From an uncultured virus (IMG/VR IMGVR_UViG_3300017593_000095) (lineage: Duplodnaviria > Heunggongvirae > Uroviricota > Caudoviricetes): a stretch of DNA of 64,000 bases. This document shows positions 18,343-27,658 of the stretch, piece by piece. The stretch's first letter is position 1. Every line of letters starts with the position of its first letter. The translations under genes and the position numbers were made by a program. The notes beneath the pieces are model-generated. The model saw only the letters and a program-made list of their open reading frames with translations, did no database searches and was not told where the DNA came from. Location: IMG/VR virus record IMGVR_UViG_3300017593_000095, one strand, 5' to 3'.

Positions 18343-21300
18343 ATGGAGTTGCATACACACATTCTTGAGTATTGCCGTGCCTGTCCTCTATATCGGAATT
18401 CCCTTAGGTTTGTTCCTCCGGAAGGGAGTGTTCACGCACCTATTTGTATAGTTGGGCAGAGCCCGGGTATTAATGAGTTCTTTGAAGGAAGGCCGTTTGT
18501 TGGAAAGTCAGGAGAAGAGATAGCCAAGTTTCTCATTCCTATCCTTGGTACTAGACCTCCAACCTTTGATAAGTTTTTAGAAACCCGTGGAGAACATTTA
18601 TACATTACTAATGCTTGTGTTTGTGAGGTCTTAACTCCTGTTCCTAAAGTGAAGAGGACTTTCTGTTATGACAGACTTCATACGGAACTTCGACGCATTT
18701 CCCCAAGATTGATCGTTACATTTGGTGGACAAGCTCTTGAGTATGTAACTAGAGGTGAGCTTACTTCTATTCTGTCCGCTAGGGGGTTCCTACTCCGTAC
18801 TGAAGTAGGACCTGTGTTACCCACAATTCATCCGGCGGGTGTAATGAGACAGCCCGAGCTTCGATGGCTGTTCGAGGCTGATATGAGAAAGTTGGCCAGA
18901 ATTGTTGAAGGGGCTTACTCAGAACCTTCTCCGTTGATTTTCCAGATCAATACCCTTGGAGCACTTGAGGAGTTGACAAGGTTGGTAGAGTCACTCCCAG
19001 AAGACACACTGATGTCATTCGATTTGGAGACGACCGATACGAACCCGTTTAGATCGTCGATCATTTGTCTCTCCCTCTCTTTTGAAGATTGGGTTGGGTA
19101 TACTATTCCAATGGATGACCCGATTGTTGTTCCTTACATCAAGCGTATTCTTGCGTCTCGATGCCGTAAAGTGGCCCAGAATTGCAAGTTTGACCTCCGG
19201 TTCCTGAAGAGGAACGGGTTCTGTGTAACTAACATGTACTTCGATACCATGATTGCTCAGCACGTGTTGAACGAGAACCTCCCTGCTGACTTGAATACGC
19301 TTATTACACTGTATTTGGATTACCCAAAGTACGACCGAGAGTTAGAGAAGTTCAAGAAGGAGCATAAGATTAAGTCATATGCAGAAATTCCGCAAGAAAT
19401 ATTGTTCAAGTACGCAACTCATGACGCCATTGTGACAAGGATGATTGCCCTAAAGCAAATTGAGGAAATACGAGAGAAAGGGTACGAGGAGCTGTACTGG
19501 AAAGTTGAGTTCCCGGTACAACTCGCTTTGGTCGATGTTGAATTAACAGGGATCCTTGTTGATAAGAAACGAGTAGACGAATTAACGAAGCGTGTGGTGT
19601 CCGAGATTCAACAGAACGAACAACAGCTTTTTCAAGCAGTGGGTTATGAGTTCAATTACAAATCTTTTAAACAGTTGACTAAGGCGTTGTATACTGATTT
19701 GAAGTTTCCTATAGTGAAGAGGTCCCCGACAGGAAACGCATCGGCTGATGAGGGAACCTTACAGAAGCTGAAGTCTAAAGTAGGCTCTGATCCCAAGAAG
19801 TCCGCTGTAATTACTTCGTTGCTCAAACTCAGAGCCCGTCAAAAGTTACTCTCTACTTACCTTTCTGGAGGTAAAGGAGGGATTTGGAAGTTTGTTGAAA
19901 ATGATGGGAGAGTACACCCAGATTTTAAAGTTACCGGTACTGTGACCGGTAGATTAAGTGCTGCAGACCCTCCTATTCAGACAATTCCTAAATCCGCAGT
20001 TAGATCTATTTTCACTGTACCTAAGGGGTACAAGTTCATAGAGGCAGATTTGAACAGTGCTGAATTGTATGCTCTCGCGTGGTATGCAAGGTGTAAGACC
20101 ATGCTCGACCAGTTAAACTCGGGTGAAGATTTTCATATTCAAACGGCAGAGCGGATATTTAAGAAAAAGGTTAAGAAAGGAGATATTGAACGGAAACTGG
20201 CAAAGTTTGCCGTTTATGGTATCAGCTACGGCCGCGGGGCGCGTAGCATGGCTGATCAGTTCAAGCTTTCACTAGAAGAGGCACAAAGAATCGTTGACTC
20301 GTTGTTTGAAGCCTATCCTGAGATTCCAACGTTTTTGGACTACGCCGTACAAACCGCTCGGGAGCAGCGAGAACTTCGAAATGTTTTTGGAAGGACGCGC
20401 ATCTTTCCTCGAGATTGTGCGTTTATGCCTGTGTGGGAAAGACAAGCCCTGAATTTTCTTCCGCAATGCGTGTGTAAGGGTTCTCTTGTTCTAACAGAGT
20501 ATGGTTACATACCGGTTGAAGAGTGTGACGGAGTTAGAGTTTTTGACAGCAAGGAGTTCACTCCTGCCGTTCTACAAGGACCTCGTTGGAAGGAAGAAGT
20601 AGAGATTACTACTTCTTTTGGACCACCACTATACGCAAGCGGCGATCATCGCGTGTTAGTACTAACAAAGGACGGGATTCAAGAACGGTTTGTCCGAGAT
20701 TTGCAAAAAGGGGAGCTGTTAGTAGTTCCTGAGGTGAATACCCTGAATAATAAATTGAAGGAGCTAGAAGATTCATTTTTGCCTAAAGTTAATACTGTGA
20801 AAGGGAATGTTTCTTTTTATAAACCTGTTCTAGTAAAGAGAGACGCGCTTCCTAAGATCAGAAAGAGAGGTTTGAAAGGAGGGTCTCCGCTTCCTGAAAC
20901 GGCTTACTTGTACCTTTCTAAGGTTTTCCGACATCTACCTTCTCGAGGCCTTTCTGAGACAGAACAAGTTCAACTTCGTAGACTGATACAGGAGAAGAGT
21001 TTATCATATGACCATGCTCGAGAGTTGTATACAAGGTTTAGGTCTCTGTTTAGTCCCGAGGAACGAAACGAACTCGATCTTTTCTTCAAGTCCACCTTTT
21101 TCGAAGTTACTCAAGTTAGGAGTACAGGCCGGGTTGTAGAGATGTACGATTTAACCGTACAAGGCCCGCGACCCTACTACGTGTGCCAAGGTTATTTGGT
21201 TCATAATAGTACTGTCGCAGATCATACTAATCAGACGCTTTGGATGCTCCAAATGATTTTTAACGAACGCGGGCTAGATGCGAGAGTGATAATCCAACTT

Positions 21301-21465
21301 CATGATGCTATAATGGTGGAAGTTCATGAGAGTGTTTTGGATGAAGTTGTTGGTTTAATTCAGGAGTTGTACACGCGCCCTGTGGCTAATACAGATTTAG
21401 TGATCCCGGTTGAAATTGAAGTTGGGGATTGTTGGAAAGGAGGTGATCATTTGTTTGAAGAGTAG
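18343..21465 (+). CDS. polA: Family A DNA polymerase with N-terminal family-4 uracil-DNA glycosylase and 3'-5' exonuclease; contains an intein
   Basis: UDG: CRACPL, GQSPG, GRPFVG, TIHPA. Exonuclease: FDLET, FDT, YATHD. Polymerase: TGRLS, EADL, RKLAK...YG, QLHD. Confidence 0.95.
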   Translation: MELHTHILEYCRACPLYRNSLRFVPPEGSVHAPICIVGQSPGINEFFEGRPFVGKSGEEIAKFLIPILGTRPPTFDKFLETRGEHLYITNACVCEVLTPVPKVKRTFCYDRLHTELRRISPRLIVTFGGQALEYVTRGELTSILSARGFLLRTEVGPVLPTIHPAGVMRQPELRWLFEADMRKLARIVEGAYSEPSPLIFQINTLGALEELTRLVESLPEDTLMSFDLETTDTNPFRSSIICLSLSFEDWVGYTIPMDDPIVVPYIKRILASRCRKVAQNCKFDLRFLKRNGFCVTNMYFDTMIAQHVLNENLPADLNTLITLYLDYPKYDRELEKFKKEHKIKSYAEIPQEILFKYATHDAIVTRMIALKQIEEIREKGYEELYWKVEFPVQLALVDVELTGILVDKKRVDELTKRVVSEIQQNEQQLFQAVGYEFNYKSFKQLTKALYTDLKFPIVKRSPTGNASADEGTLQKLKSKVGSDPKKSAVITSLLKLRARQKLLSTYLSGGKGGIWKFVENDGRVHPDFKVTGTVTGRLSAADPPIQTIPKSAVRSIFTVPKGYKFIEADLNSAELYALAWYARCKTMLDQLNSGEDFHIQTAERIFKKKVKKGDIERKLAKFAVYGISYGRGARSMADQFKLSLEEAQRIVDSLFEAYPEIPTFLDYAVQTAREQRELRNVFGRTRIFPRDCAFMPVWERQALNFLPQCVCKGSLVLTEYGYIPVEECDGVRVFDSKEFTPAVLQGPRWKEEVEITTSFGPPLYASGDHRVLVLTKDGIQERFVRDLQKGELLVVPEVNTLNNKLKELEDSFLPKVNTVKGNVSFYKPVLVKRDALPKIRKRGLKGGSPLPETAYLYLSKVFRHLPSRGLSETEQVQLRRLIQEKSLSYDHARELYTRFRSLFSPEERNELDLFFKSTFFEVTQVRSTGRVVEMYDLTVQGPRPYYVCQGYLVHNSTVADHTNQTLWMLQMIFNERGLDARVIIQLHDAIMVEVHESVLDEVVGLIQELYTRPVANTDLVIPVEIEVGDCWKGGDHLFEE
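20467..21207 (+). mobile_element. Intein in PolA (247 aa, no recognisable LAGLIDADG motif)
   Basis: NFLPQ|CVCKGSLV...SGDH...MYDLTV...LVHN|STVAD. Confidence 0.92.
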
Positions 21466-21534
21466 TTTAGGCTTTTTCCTAGAAGAAGTACAATAGATGG
21501 TCGATGTTAATTTTTTTACAAAAGGAGGTTTGTT

Positions 21535-22398
21535 ATGCCAGTTGATCTCGCTAAAATTAAGAATGATCTTGCTAAGTTTAGCTCTGGGAATTTTTGGAAA
21601 CCTAAAACAGGGAAGAATTATATTAGGATTTTACCGCCCTACCGTGAGGACATTCCAGTGTACTACTACGCCGTTCGATTACATTGGGTGAGTAGTAGAT
21701 ATGTCCTTTGTACAGGAGATGGTTGTATTGTATGTTCAATGTTGCAAGACTCGGCCTTTGCGATGGTACTGAAGGATAAGGTTCAAACAATGAACAAGTT
21801 CCTCGTGAACATGATTGACTTAGAGAACCCTTCAGCAGGTGTTCAAGTGTGGAGTATGCCTGTTACAGTATGGCGTTCGCTGAATCAGTACTTTCTAGAT
21901 CCTAAGTGGGGTGACCTAACTGATGTGAATCAGGGAAGAAATATCACCATAGTTCGTGAAGGCACTGGGGCTAAGGATACTAAATACCAAGTGTATCCGG
22001 ATCCTGAACCAACTCCGGTTGACCCGACCTTCTTGTCTGGCCTTAAGGACCTGAGCACGATCTTTGAGGAGATACCGTTTGAGGAGATAGCTGAGTTACT
22101 TCAAAACGAGAATGTGAGACTGACTCCGGCTTCTGTTGGTCAAAGTCTCCCTACGCCTGGTTCTACTCCTCCGTGGGAAGGAACCCCGGGTAGTCAACAG
22201 CCGGTTACACCTTCTACTCAGTCATCTACTCCTAATCCGCAGCCAGCGCCTAGCGCTCCCCCTCAATCACCTCCGCCTGATCAACCAGCTCAGGCTAGCC
22301 CTGCAGTAGAGACACCATCTTCTGATAAGAGTTCTTCGGGCCAGCAATTTGATCCTCAGAAAATGCAAGCTTTGCTCAATAAGTTGATGAATAAATAG
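21535..22398 (+). CDS. Phage ssDNA-binding protein (gp32-like) with a Pro/Ser-rich tail
   Basis: 'FWKPKTGKNYIRILPP', 'GRNITIVREGTG..TKY'; lies between pol and recA. Confidence 0.75.
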   Translation: MPVDLAKIKNDLAKFSSGNFWKPKTGKNYIRILPPYREDIPVYYYAVRLHWVSSRYVLCTGDGCIVCSMLQDSAFAMVLKDKVQTMNKFLVNMIDLENPSAGVQVWSMPVTVWRSLNQYFLDPKWGDLTDVNQGRNITIVREGTGAKDTKYQVYPDPEPTPVDPTFLSGLKDLSTIFEEIPFEEIAELLQNENVRLTPASVGQSLPTPGSTPPWEGTPGSQQPVTPSTQSSTPNPQPAPSAPPQSPPPDQPAQASPAVETPSSDKSSSGQQFDPQKMQALLNKLMNK

Positions 22399-22404
22399 AG
22401 TCAC

Positions 22405-22438
22405 TGGTAGGGGAGTAGAATATACTCTCCTACCATTC
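22405..22438 (+). terminator. Intergenic hairpin
   Basis: 13-bp stem TGGTAGGGGAGTA / TACTCTCCTACCA. Confidence 0.55.
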
Positions 22439-22457
22439 TGTTAATGGGAGGTAGGAG

Positions 22458-23585
22458 ATGGAATGGTTAGAAGCTGCTAGAAAGTCACTCAAGTGTGCGA
22501 CTTCTACTCTAGATACAATTTCTCAAGACGAACGAGGTTATCTTCCTTCAGGGGTGTTACCCCTTGATTATGTAACAGGAGCTCCTGGATTCCCTTTAGG
22601 TAGAGTTGTAGAGATTTTTGGTCTTGAGTCAGTAGGGAAATCTGCTATTGTAGCAGCACTTCTTGGCTCTGCCCATGTACTAGAAGGGACCGCTGTCCTC
22701 GCTGATACAGAGCACGCTTACACTAATGATTGGGCGAGGCTCTTCTGCGTCTCTCCAGAGAAACTGCTCGTTGTGAACCCTGAACACGTCCAAGAAGCCG
22801 TTGAGACATTTAAGACTCTTTGTACTCTTTTCAAAAAGCACCCCGCACCCCCACCACGTATATTTGCGTGGGATTCTATCGCAGCCACTCCTGTCCTTGA
22901 GGAAATAGACGATGATCTTTCAGATAAGGCCGCAGGCCTTCACGCACGGCTCCTTTCGAAAGGACTTCGTCAACTAACGACCGCTTTGGAAGATTTGAAT
23001 ATTTTGTTTGTTGCAACCAATCAGCAAAAGGAAAAGATCAGTATTTGGGGTGCTAGTGGAGTTTCGAAGATTGGTGGTCACGCGTTTGATTTTCACAGTT
23101 GCCTTCAACTACAATTGAAGCGAGTAAGTTTAATTCCTCATCCTGAGAGGAAAAATGAGGTAGTAGGAATGAAACTGTCTGTGACGGCGGTTAAGAATAA
23201 GATTTACCGTCCCTACTTGACCGCTCCGGTCACCTATTATTTTGACTCTGGTTTTGACGATACCGAGTTTGTTACTTGGTTCGCGAAGGAGACGGGTATT
23301 CTCAAGGATTTGGGTGGAGGTGGTTGGAAAGAGTTCAAAGGTGAAAAATTTCAAGGTACACCTCCGGTTGAGATTTTTTCAGAGATTGAGAAGTTGGTGG
23401 TAGAGACCTACTACGGGCCTCTTGCTAACACGGTTCTTCAACTTCGTAATCTTCGAACCAATCAAGTTCTGCTTTCACCTAAGTGGAGGAAGGGCGATGT
23501 TTCCCACGAAGACGGAGTCCAGACAGCTTTACCTGGAGAAGAGAGTTCTTCAGATACTTCATCCGACGCTAGTTCGGAGTACTGA
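22458..23585 (+). CDS. recA: RecA-family recombinase
   Basis: GFPLGRVVEIFGLESVGKS, DTEHA, WDSIAA, TNQ, GGHA, KNKI. Confidence 0.93.
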   Translation: MEWLEAARKSLKCATSTLDTISQDERGYLPSGVLPLDYVTGAPGFPLGRVVEIFGLESVGKSAIVAALLGSAHVLEGTAVLADTEHAYTNDWARLFCVSPEKLLVVNPEHVQEAVETFKTLCTLFKKHPAPPPRIFAWDSIAATPVLEEIDDDLSDKAAGLHARLLSKGLRQLTTALEDLNILFVATNQQKEKISIWGASGVSKIGGHAFDFHSCLQLQLKRVSLIPHPERKNEVVGMKLSVTAVKNKIYRPYLTAPVTYYFDSGFDDTEFVTWFAKETGILKDLGGGGWKEFKGEKFQGTPPVEIFSEIEKLVVETYYGPLANTVLQLRNLRTNQVLLSPKWRKGDVSHEDGVQTALPGEESSSDTSSDASSEY

Positions 23586-23940
23586 TTATTACTCGTTGAA
23601 AGGGTATTTACTTGGGGATGAGAGGTATTTTGACGTTCCTTTAGTTCGCCCGGGGCTGCTGTTTTGTCGTTACCTCAAGCTCTCTCTGAACCAATTACTC
23701 AAGAGGGGGTTTACCCCAGAGCTGCGCGAATTCATTCAAGAGTGTCATCAGCTCTCTGGTGGTGATGCTTTTTACATACTGACCCGTAAAGAGGGGAGTA
23801 ACATTTTCTTAATCACTCCGATAGATAACTTGCAAACACGCGTTCAACCATATTTGTTCATCAACGGATATTTCTTGTGTGAGTTTACTAACTTTGCCTC
23901 TCATGTGGTTTTAGGAGGTGCTTATGCTGCGAGTAAGTGA
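23497..23940 (+). CDS. Hypothetical protein
   Basis: ORF between recA and queE. Confidence 0.5.
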   Translation: MFPTKTESRQLYLEKRVLQILHPTLVRSTDYYSLKGYLLGDERYFDVPLVRPGLLFCRYLKLSLNQLLKRGFTPELREFIQECHQLSGGDAFYILTRKEGSNIFLITPIDNLQTRVQPYLFINGYFLCEFTNFASHVVLGGAYAASK

Positions 23941-24604
23941 GGTTTTTGAGAGCATCCAGGGTGAAGGTCCTTATGTTGGAGTCCCTGCCCATTTTGTGCG
24001 CCTACAAGGCTGCAATCTTGTTAATCTGCCGTGTGGCCCTTGTCGGATGTGTGATACGAGTTATGCTATTCCCATAAAAACTTCGCCTTCACTGTGTGCA
24101 GAAGGAGATTTTCTGCGATTATTGAAGAGTAAGAGACTGCCACTTCTTGTGATTACGGGTGGAGAGCCGTTACTTCAACAACGGGAATTGGTGCAATACC
24201 TGTCCAGAGTTCCTTCAGAGTTATTGCCAAAGTTAAACGTTGAGACTAACGGGACCATTCCTCCTAGTAGGGAATGGGCGAAGTTTGATACTCTTTTTTC
24301 AGTTAGTCCGAAGTTACACACTTCATCCTATCTTAACTTAACGTCTTTTCGAGGGTTTAAAAAGATACTTAAGGTTGTGTATAATAAGAAGGTTGATGAT
24401 TACACTTTTGCGCAGTTTGTGTTCAAGTGCGCTTCCCAGCTCGGAATTGCTTCGGAAGAAGATATTTACGTAATGCCTGAGTCTCGAACTAGGGATTCTT
24501 ACGTAGAACAAGGTCTCGCGTGTTTTGAGTTTTGCATGAAGTACGGGTTTAGGTTTGGTACCCGTGAACACTTAGTTCTTTTTAATGGAGTTGCGGGAAA
24601 GTGA
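23918..24604 (+). CDS. queE: 7-carboxy-7-deazaguanine synthase (radical SAM)
   Basis: EVFESIQGEG, FVRLQGCN...CRMCDT, ITGGEPL, VETNG, SVSPK. Confidence 0.93.
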   Translation: MLMLRVSEVFESIQGEGPYVGVPAHFVRLQGCNLVNLPCGPCRMCDTSYAIPIKTSPSLCAEGDFLRLLKSKRLPLLVITGGEPLLQQRELVQYLSRVPSELLPKLNVETNGTIPPSREWAKFDTLFSVSPKLHTSSYLNLTSFRGFKKILKVVYNKKVDDYTFAQFVFKCASQLGIASEEDIYVMPESRTRDSYVEQGLACFEFCMKYGFRFGTREHLVLFNGVAGK

Positions 24605-24984
24605 GGTCGAAGTTCATGTTTAAGGGTATGTTTACCTTAATGAGCGGCGTGTTGTTGTCTCCTTATTGCGCCAGTCAAATGGTGATTTTGGTTTGTCTGG
24701 TGATTGTGGAACTAGTCCTAAGTGTGTACTTGTCTTTGAAGTATCGGCGGTTTGATAGTCACATACTTCTTAGGACGTGTTGTAAATTCTTACTCTACTT
24801 CGGAGTCATTTTGACTGCAGTTGGAATCGACTCCTACTTCGGGTTTCGGAGGATTTTAGTACAGGGGTTTCTACTCCCTTTCTTGTCCGTGACAGAAGCC
24901 CTTGAAGTGTTCAGGCAAGCAACTGAATTAAAGTGGTTTGAGAGGAGATTTCCGCGTTTCTCTTATTGGGTTAGACATGGATGA
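24601..24984 (+). CDS. Membrane protein, holin-like
   Basis: About 3 hydrophobic segments; 'KFLLYFGVILTAVGIDS...TEALEV' resembles phage holins. Confidence 0.5.
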   Translation: MRSKFMFKGMFTLMSGVLLSPYCASQMVILVCLVIVELVLSVYLSLKYRRFDSHILLRTCCKFLLYFGVILTAVGIDSYFGFRRILVQGFLLPFLSVTEALEVFRQATELKWFERRFPRFSYWVRHG

Positions 24985-25297
24985 GGAGTATAGTGGTGAG
25001 AATTTATATGGCTTGTTGGACGCAGTGATGTCCCGCTTACATCGGGATTTAAATGGCCCCCGCGACAGCGGAAAAGATGGTTGGGATCTTTGTTGTAAGG
25101 CCCTACTGTGGTTTATGTTTAGCGAGGGAGTTTTATCTTTTCCGCGACGTAATAAAGCGGATGAGTTCTTTAGGTACCTGTTTAAGAAGGTAGTGAACAC
25201 GTCACGGAAGTTTGCTCTTAATGAGGACTTGATTTGTTTGGGCCTTTTTGCGCTGAAGAAGCAGTTTGAACAGAAAGGAGAATCGAATGAAGTTTAG
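24977..25297 (+). CDS. Hypothetical protein, weak resemblance to DUF5664 dATP/dGTP diphosphohydrolase
   Basis: 'LLDAVMSRL...DSG...ALLWF' pattern; the family's His residues are not retained. Confidence 0.35.
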   Translation: MDEEYSGENLYGLLDAVMSRLHRDLNGPRDSGKDGWDLCCKALLWFMFSEGVLSFPRRNKADEFFRYLFKKVVNTSRKFALNEDLICLGLFALKKQFEQKGESNEV

Positions 25298-26270
25298 TAT
25301 TTACACGCACGGAGATTTTGACGGTTTGGTGTCAGGTGCAATTGGATATAATTTTTGTAAGGAAGTTGGTTTAAGTTTGGATAAGATTACTTTTGTTGAG
25401 TATTCGACTTATCCTCCTGAAGTTTGGGATTCCTATCGGTTTGACCCTATTGTTAATGTGGTAACTGACTTTCCATATAGTCGTGCTCTTCCTTCTTCTG
25501 ACTTCTTTATTTGGGCTGATCATCACCAGGAAAGGTTTGTTCCAGACTCTTCCGAAATAACTCGGGGAGTTTGCTTTTATGACTCCGACGCCCCTTCCTG
25601 TGCTAGAGTTCTTGAACCTTTAGCTAAGTTGAACCCTCTGTTGGAGTCTCTAGTACCTTGGGCTGATATGGTTGATAGTGCTCGCTACGAATCTGCTGAA
25701 CAAGCCGTCTTAATGAAGGACCCGCCGTTAAGAGTTGCTGTTGCTATGTCTCAAACGTTCAACGATGATGTTTTCAGAGCCGAGTTGCTGAAAATGATAT
25801 GTCAAGTTCCTCCCGACCAGATACTCTCCCATCCGAAAGTAGACGATGCTTATCGACGGTATACTTGGAAGCAAGAGAGGTCTATAGATTTCTTACAAAA
25901 GAATTTGGTCCTTTATGAAGACAAAGACGTCTTAGTAGGGATATGTTCCTTTGTTGGTTATAAGTTTTCCTCTCGGTATGCCGCTTTCTTGGTTCAACCG
26001 AATTTAGACTTTTTAATACACATTCGTAGTATTCCTCCTTGGGATTCACCTGCAGTCAGCCTGTCGGTCTCTTATAACCCGTGGAAGGAGTTTGATTGTG
26101 TAATACCTTTACACGAGATTCTTCGTGATGTTTACGACGGTGATTCGGGAGGTCATGTTCGTGTTGCCGCTGCGGTTTTACCCAATGCTCAAGCTGCTAT
26201 GGAGCTAGCGCGGAAGTTGGCTCAGGTTGTATGTACACGTCTTACTACTGCGCGTGAAAAAGTCACTTGA
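25287..26270 (+). CDS. DHH-family phosphoesterase
   Basis: HGDFDG, VTDF, ADHH, SGGH. Confidence 0.85.
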   Translation: MKFSIYTHGDFDGLVSGAIGYNFCKEVGLSLDKITFVEYSTYPPEVWDSYRFDPIVNVVTDFPYSRALPSSDFFIWADHHQERFVPDSSEITRGVCFYDSDAPSCARVLEPLAKLNPLLESLVPWADMVDSARYESAEQAVLMKDPPLRVAVAMSQTFNDDVFRAELLKMICQVPPDQILSHPKVDDAYRRYTWKQERSIDFLQKNLVLYEDKDVLVGICSFVGYKFSSRYAAFLVQPNLDFLIHIRSIPPWDSPAVSLSVSYNPWKEFDCVIPLHEILRDVYDGDSGGHVRVAAAVLPNAQAAMELARKLAQVVCTRLTTAREKVT

Positions 26271-26295
26271 CTTTGGCCATTTGTGAGGGTAAATT
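26267..26295 (+). promoter_or_regulatory. Sigma-70-like promoter upstream of khpA
   Basis: TTGACT-N17-TAAATT. Confidence 0.55.
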
Positions 26296-26342
26296 TTCTC
26301 TTGTTGAATGTTCAGTTCAGTTTAGTTTTAAGGAGGTAGGTT

Positions 26343-26609
26343 ATGAGTAATACTGATAAAGTGAAAGAGTTAACCGAACTTGTCACTCAACTGGTTAAGG
26401 CTTTGGTGGACGACCCGGATACTGTAACCGTTGAGACTTACAAAGGGGATTCAATTGTGTTGTTTACGGTTAAAGCTGACTCTCCTAAGACGCTCTCGTT
26501 TCTAATTGGGAAGAAAGGAAGCACGGTGTCTGCGATGAGACATCTTGTTCGGTGCTTAGGAGCTCGGTTGGATCTTAAGACTGTCTTTGAGGTGTCTAGT
26601 CTTAAGTAA
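26343..26609 (+). CDS. khpA: KH-domain RNA-binding protein
   Basis: 'LVKALVDDPDTVTV...LIGKKGSTVSAMRHLV' (GxxG loop). Confidence 0.88.
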   Translation: MSNTDKVKELTELVTQLVKALVDDPDTVTVETYKGDSIVLFTVKADSPKTLSFLIGKKGSTVSAMRHLVRCLGARLDLKTVFEVSSLK

Positions 26610-27600
26610 TTTTATGTACCTCGAGCATGTTGTAGCTTTTTGCTGTTTGTAGGATAGTTCTGATGGTGTTAACTGGAGCTGTGGTTTTGTTTTGTATTGT
26701 TGAGCTGTAAAGACGTACTCTTACCCTCTTTCCCTCGTTGTCTATGTAAACACTTACGTTGTAACAAGCTACTGCTACTACGTCGCCCTTGTTCAAGTAA
26801 AGTTCGGAGTTGTGACTTCTTCCTACTAGTTCGAGATCTCCTTTCTCGTTTGCAGCTCCTAGGTCGTAGTTATAGACACCTTTTGTCTTTGTGGGGATCC
26901 TGTTAATAACTTTGAGCGCGAATTCTATATACCGTTTAAACTTGATGAATGTTAAATTATGTGCATCTTGTTTAGTTGGTTTGAGTATTGCTCCTTCAAA
27001 GTGTCTGATTTTACAGAACTTGCGGACGTTCTTGTCGACCTCTGAGAGAGACCTTGCTCGCTCGTAAGGGACCCTGTTTAGGGGTGTATCTATAGGAGTT
27101 AGTTCTGAGGGGATGGGAAGTGCCTTGAGTTCTTCTAGGCGCTCCAGTGTTGTTTGATGAGAGATATCTTTATTGTCTATGTAGAGACAATCGAAAAGAG
27201 TCAATACCGCGTGAACGTTGTTGCGAGTTTTCCTTCTCCTATGGATTAAACCAATGGTAATTCCTCGTGGTTGGTGCTTTTTGTTTACGTAAGTTTCCAG
27301 TTCGCCCTCTGCGACAAGGTTGTTACAGGGGAGGTTCTTTAGGGCTTCTATGATTGGATTTGGTAGTTGTAATGGATTGCCTTGGTCACTGTACGCTTTA
27401 ATGGAGTTACCTTCTTTACTAATTTGGATGTAGAGACCATCGTACTTGGGTTCAACAATGAAATCGAGCCGTGCTCCGTATTTTTTACGTATGAATGATA
27501 ACAGTTCGCGCGTGTTAATTTTCTTCACGTTGAAGATGAAAGCTACATAGTCGTGTTGACGCCCGTTGAACTTTCCTGGTGTTATTTTTTTCGCTAACAT
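26602..27600 (-). CDS. ATP-dependent DNA ligase
   Basis: EPKYDG (motif I), EGEL, LFDCL, EGAILK, IKFK; AGGAGG RBS on the - strand. Confidence 0.88.
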   Translation of the reverse strand: MLAKKITPGKFNGRQHDYVAFIFNVKKINTRELLSFIRKKYGARLDFIVEPKYDGLYIQISKEGNSIKAYSDQGNPLQLPNPIIEALKNLPCNNLVAEGELETYVNKKHQPRGITIGLIHRRRKTRNNVHAVLTLFDCLYIDNKDISHQTTLERLEELKALPIPSELTPIDTPLNRVPYERARSLSEVDKNVRKFCKIRHFEGAILKPTKQDAHNLTFIKFKRYIEFALKVINRIPTKTKGVYNYDLGAANEKGDLELVGRSHNSELYLNKGDVVAVACYNVSVYIDNEGKRVRVRLYSSTIQNKTTAPVNTIRTILQTAKSYNMLEVHKIT

Positions 27601-27658
27601 TGAGCCTCCTTGATTAGTGTTCTTAGTTGAGGTTAACTCCTTTTTTTGTTAGAGGCAA

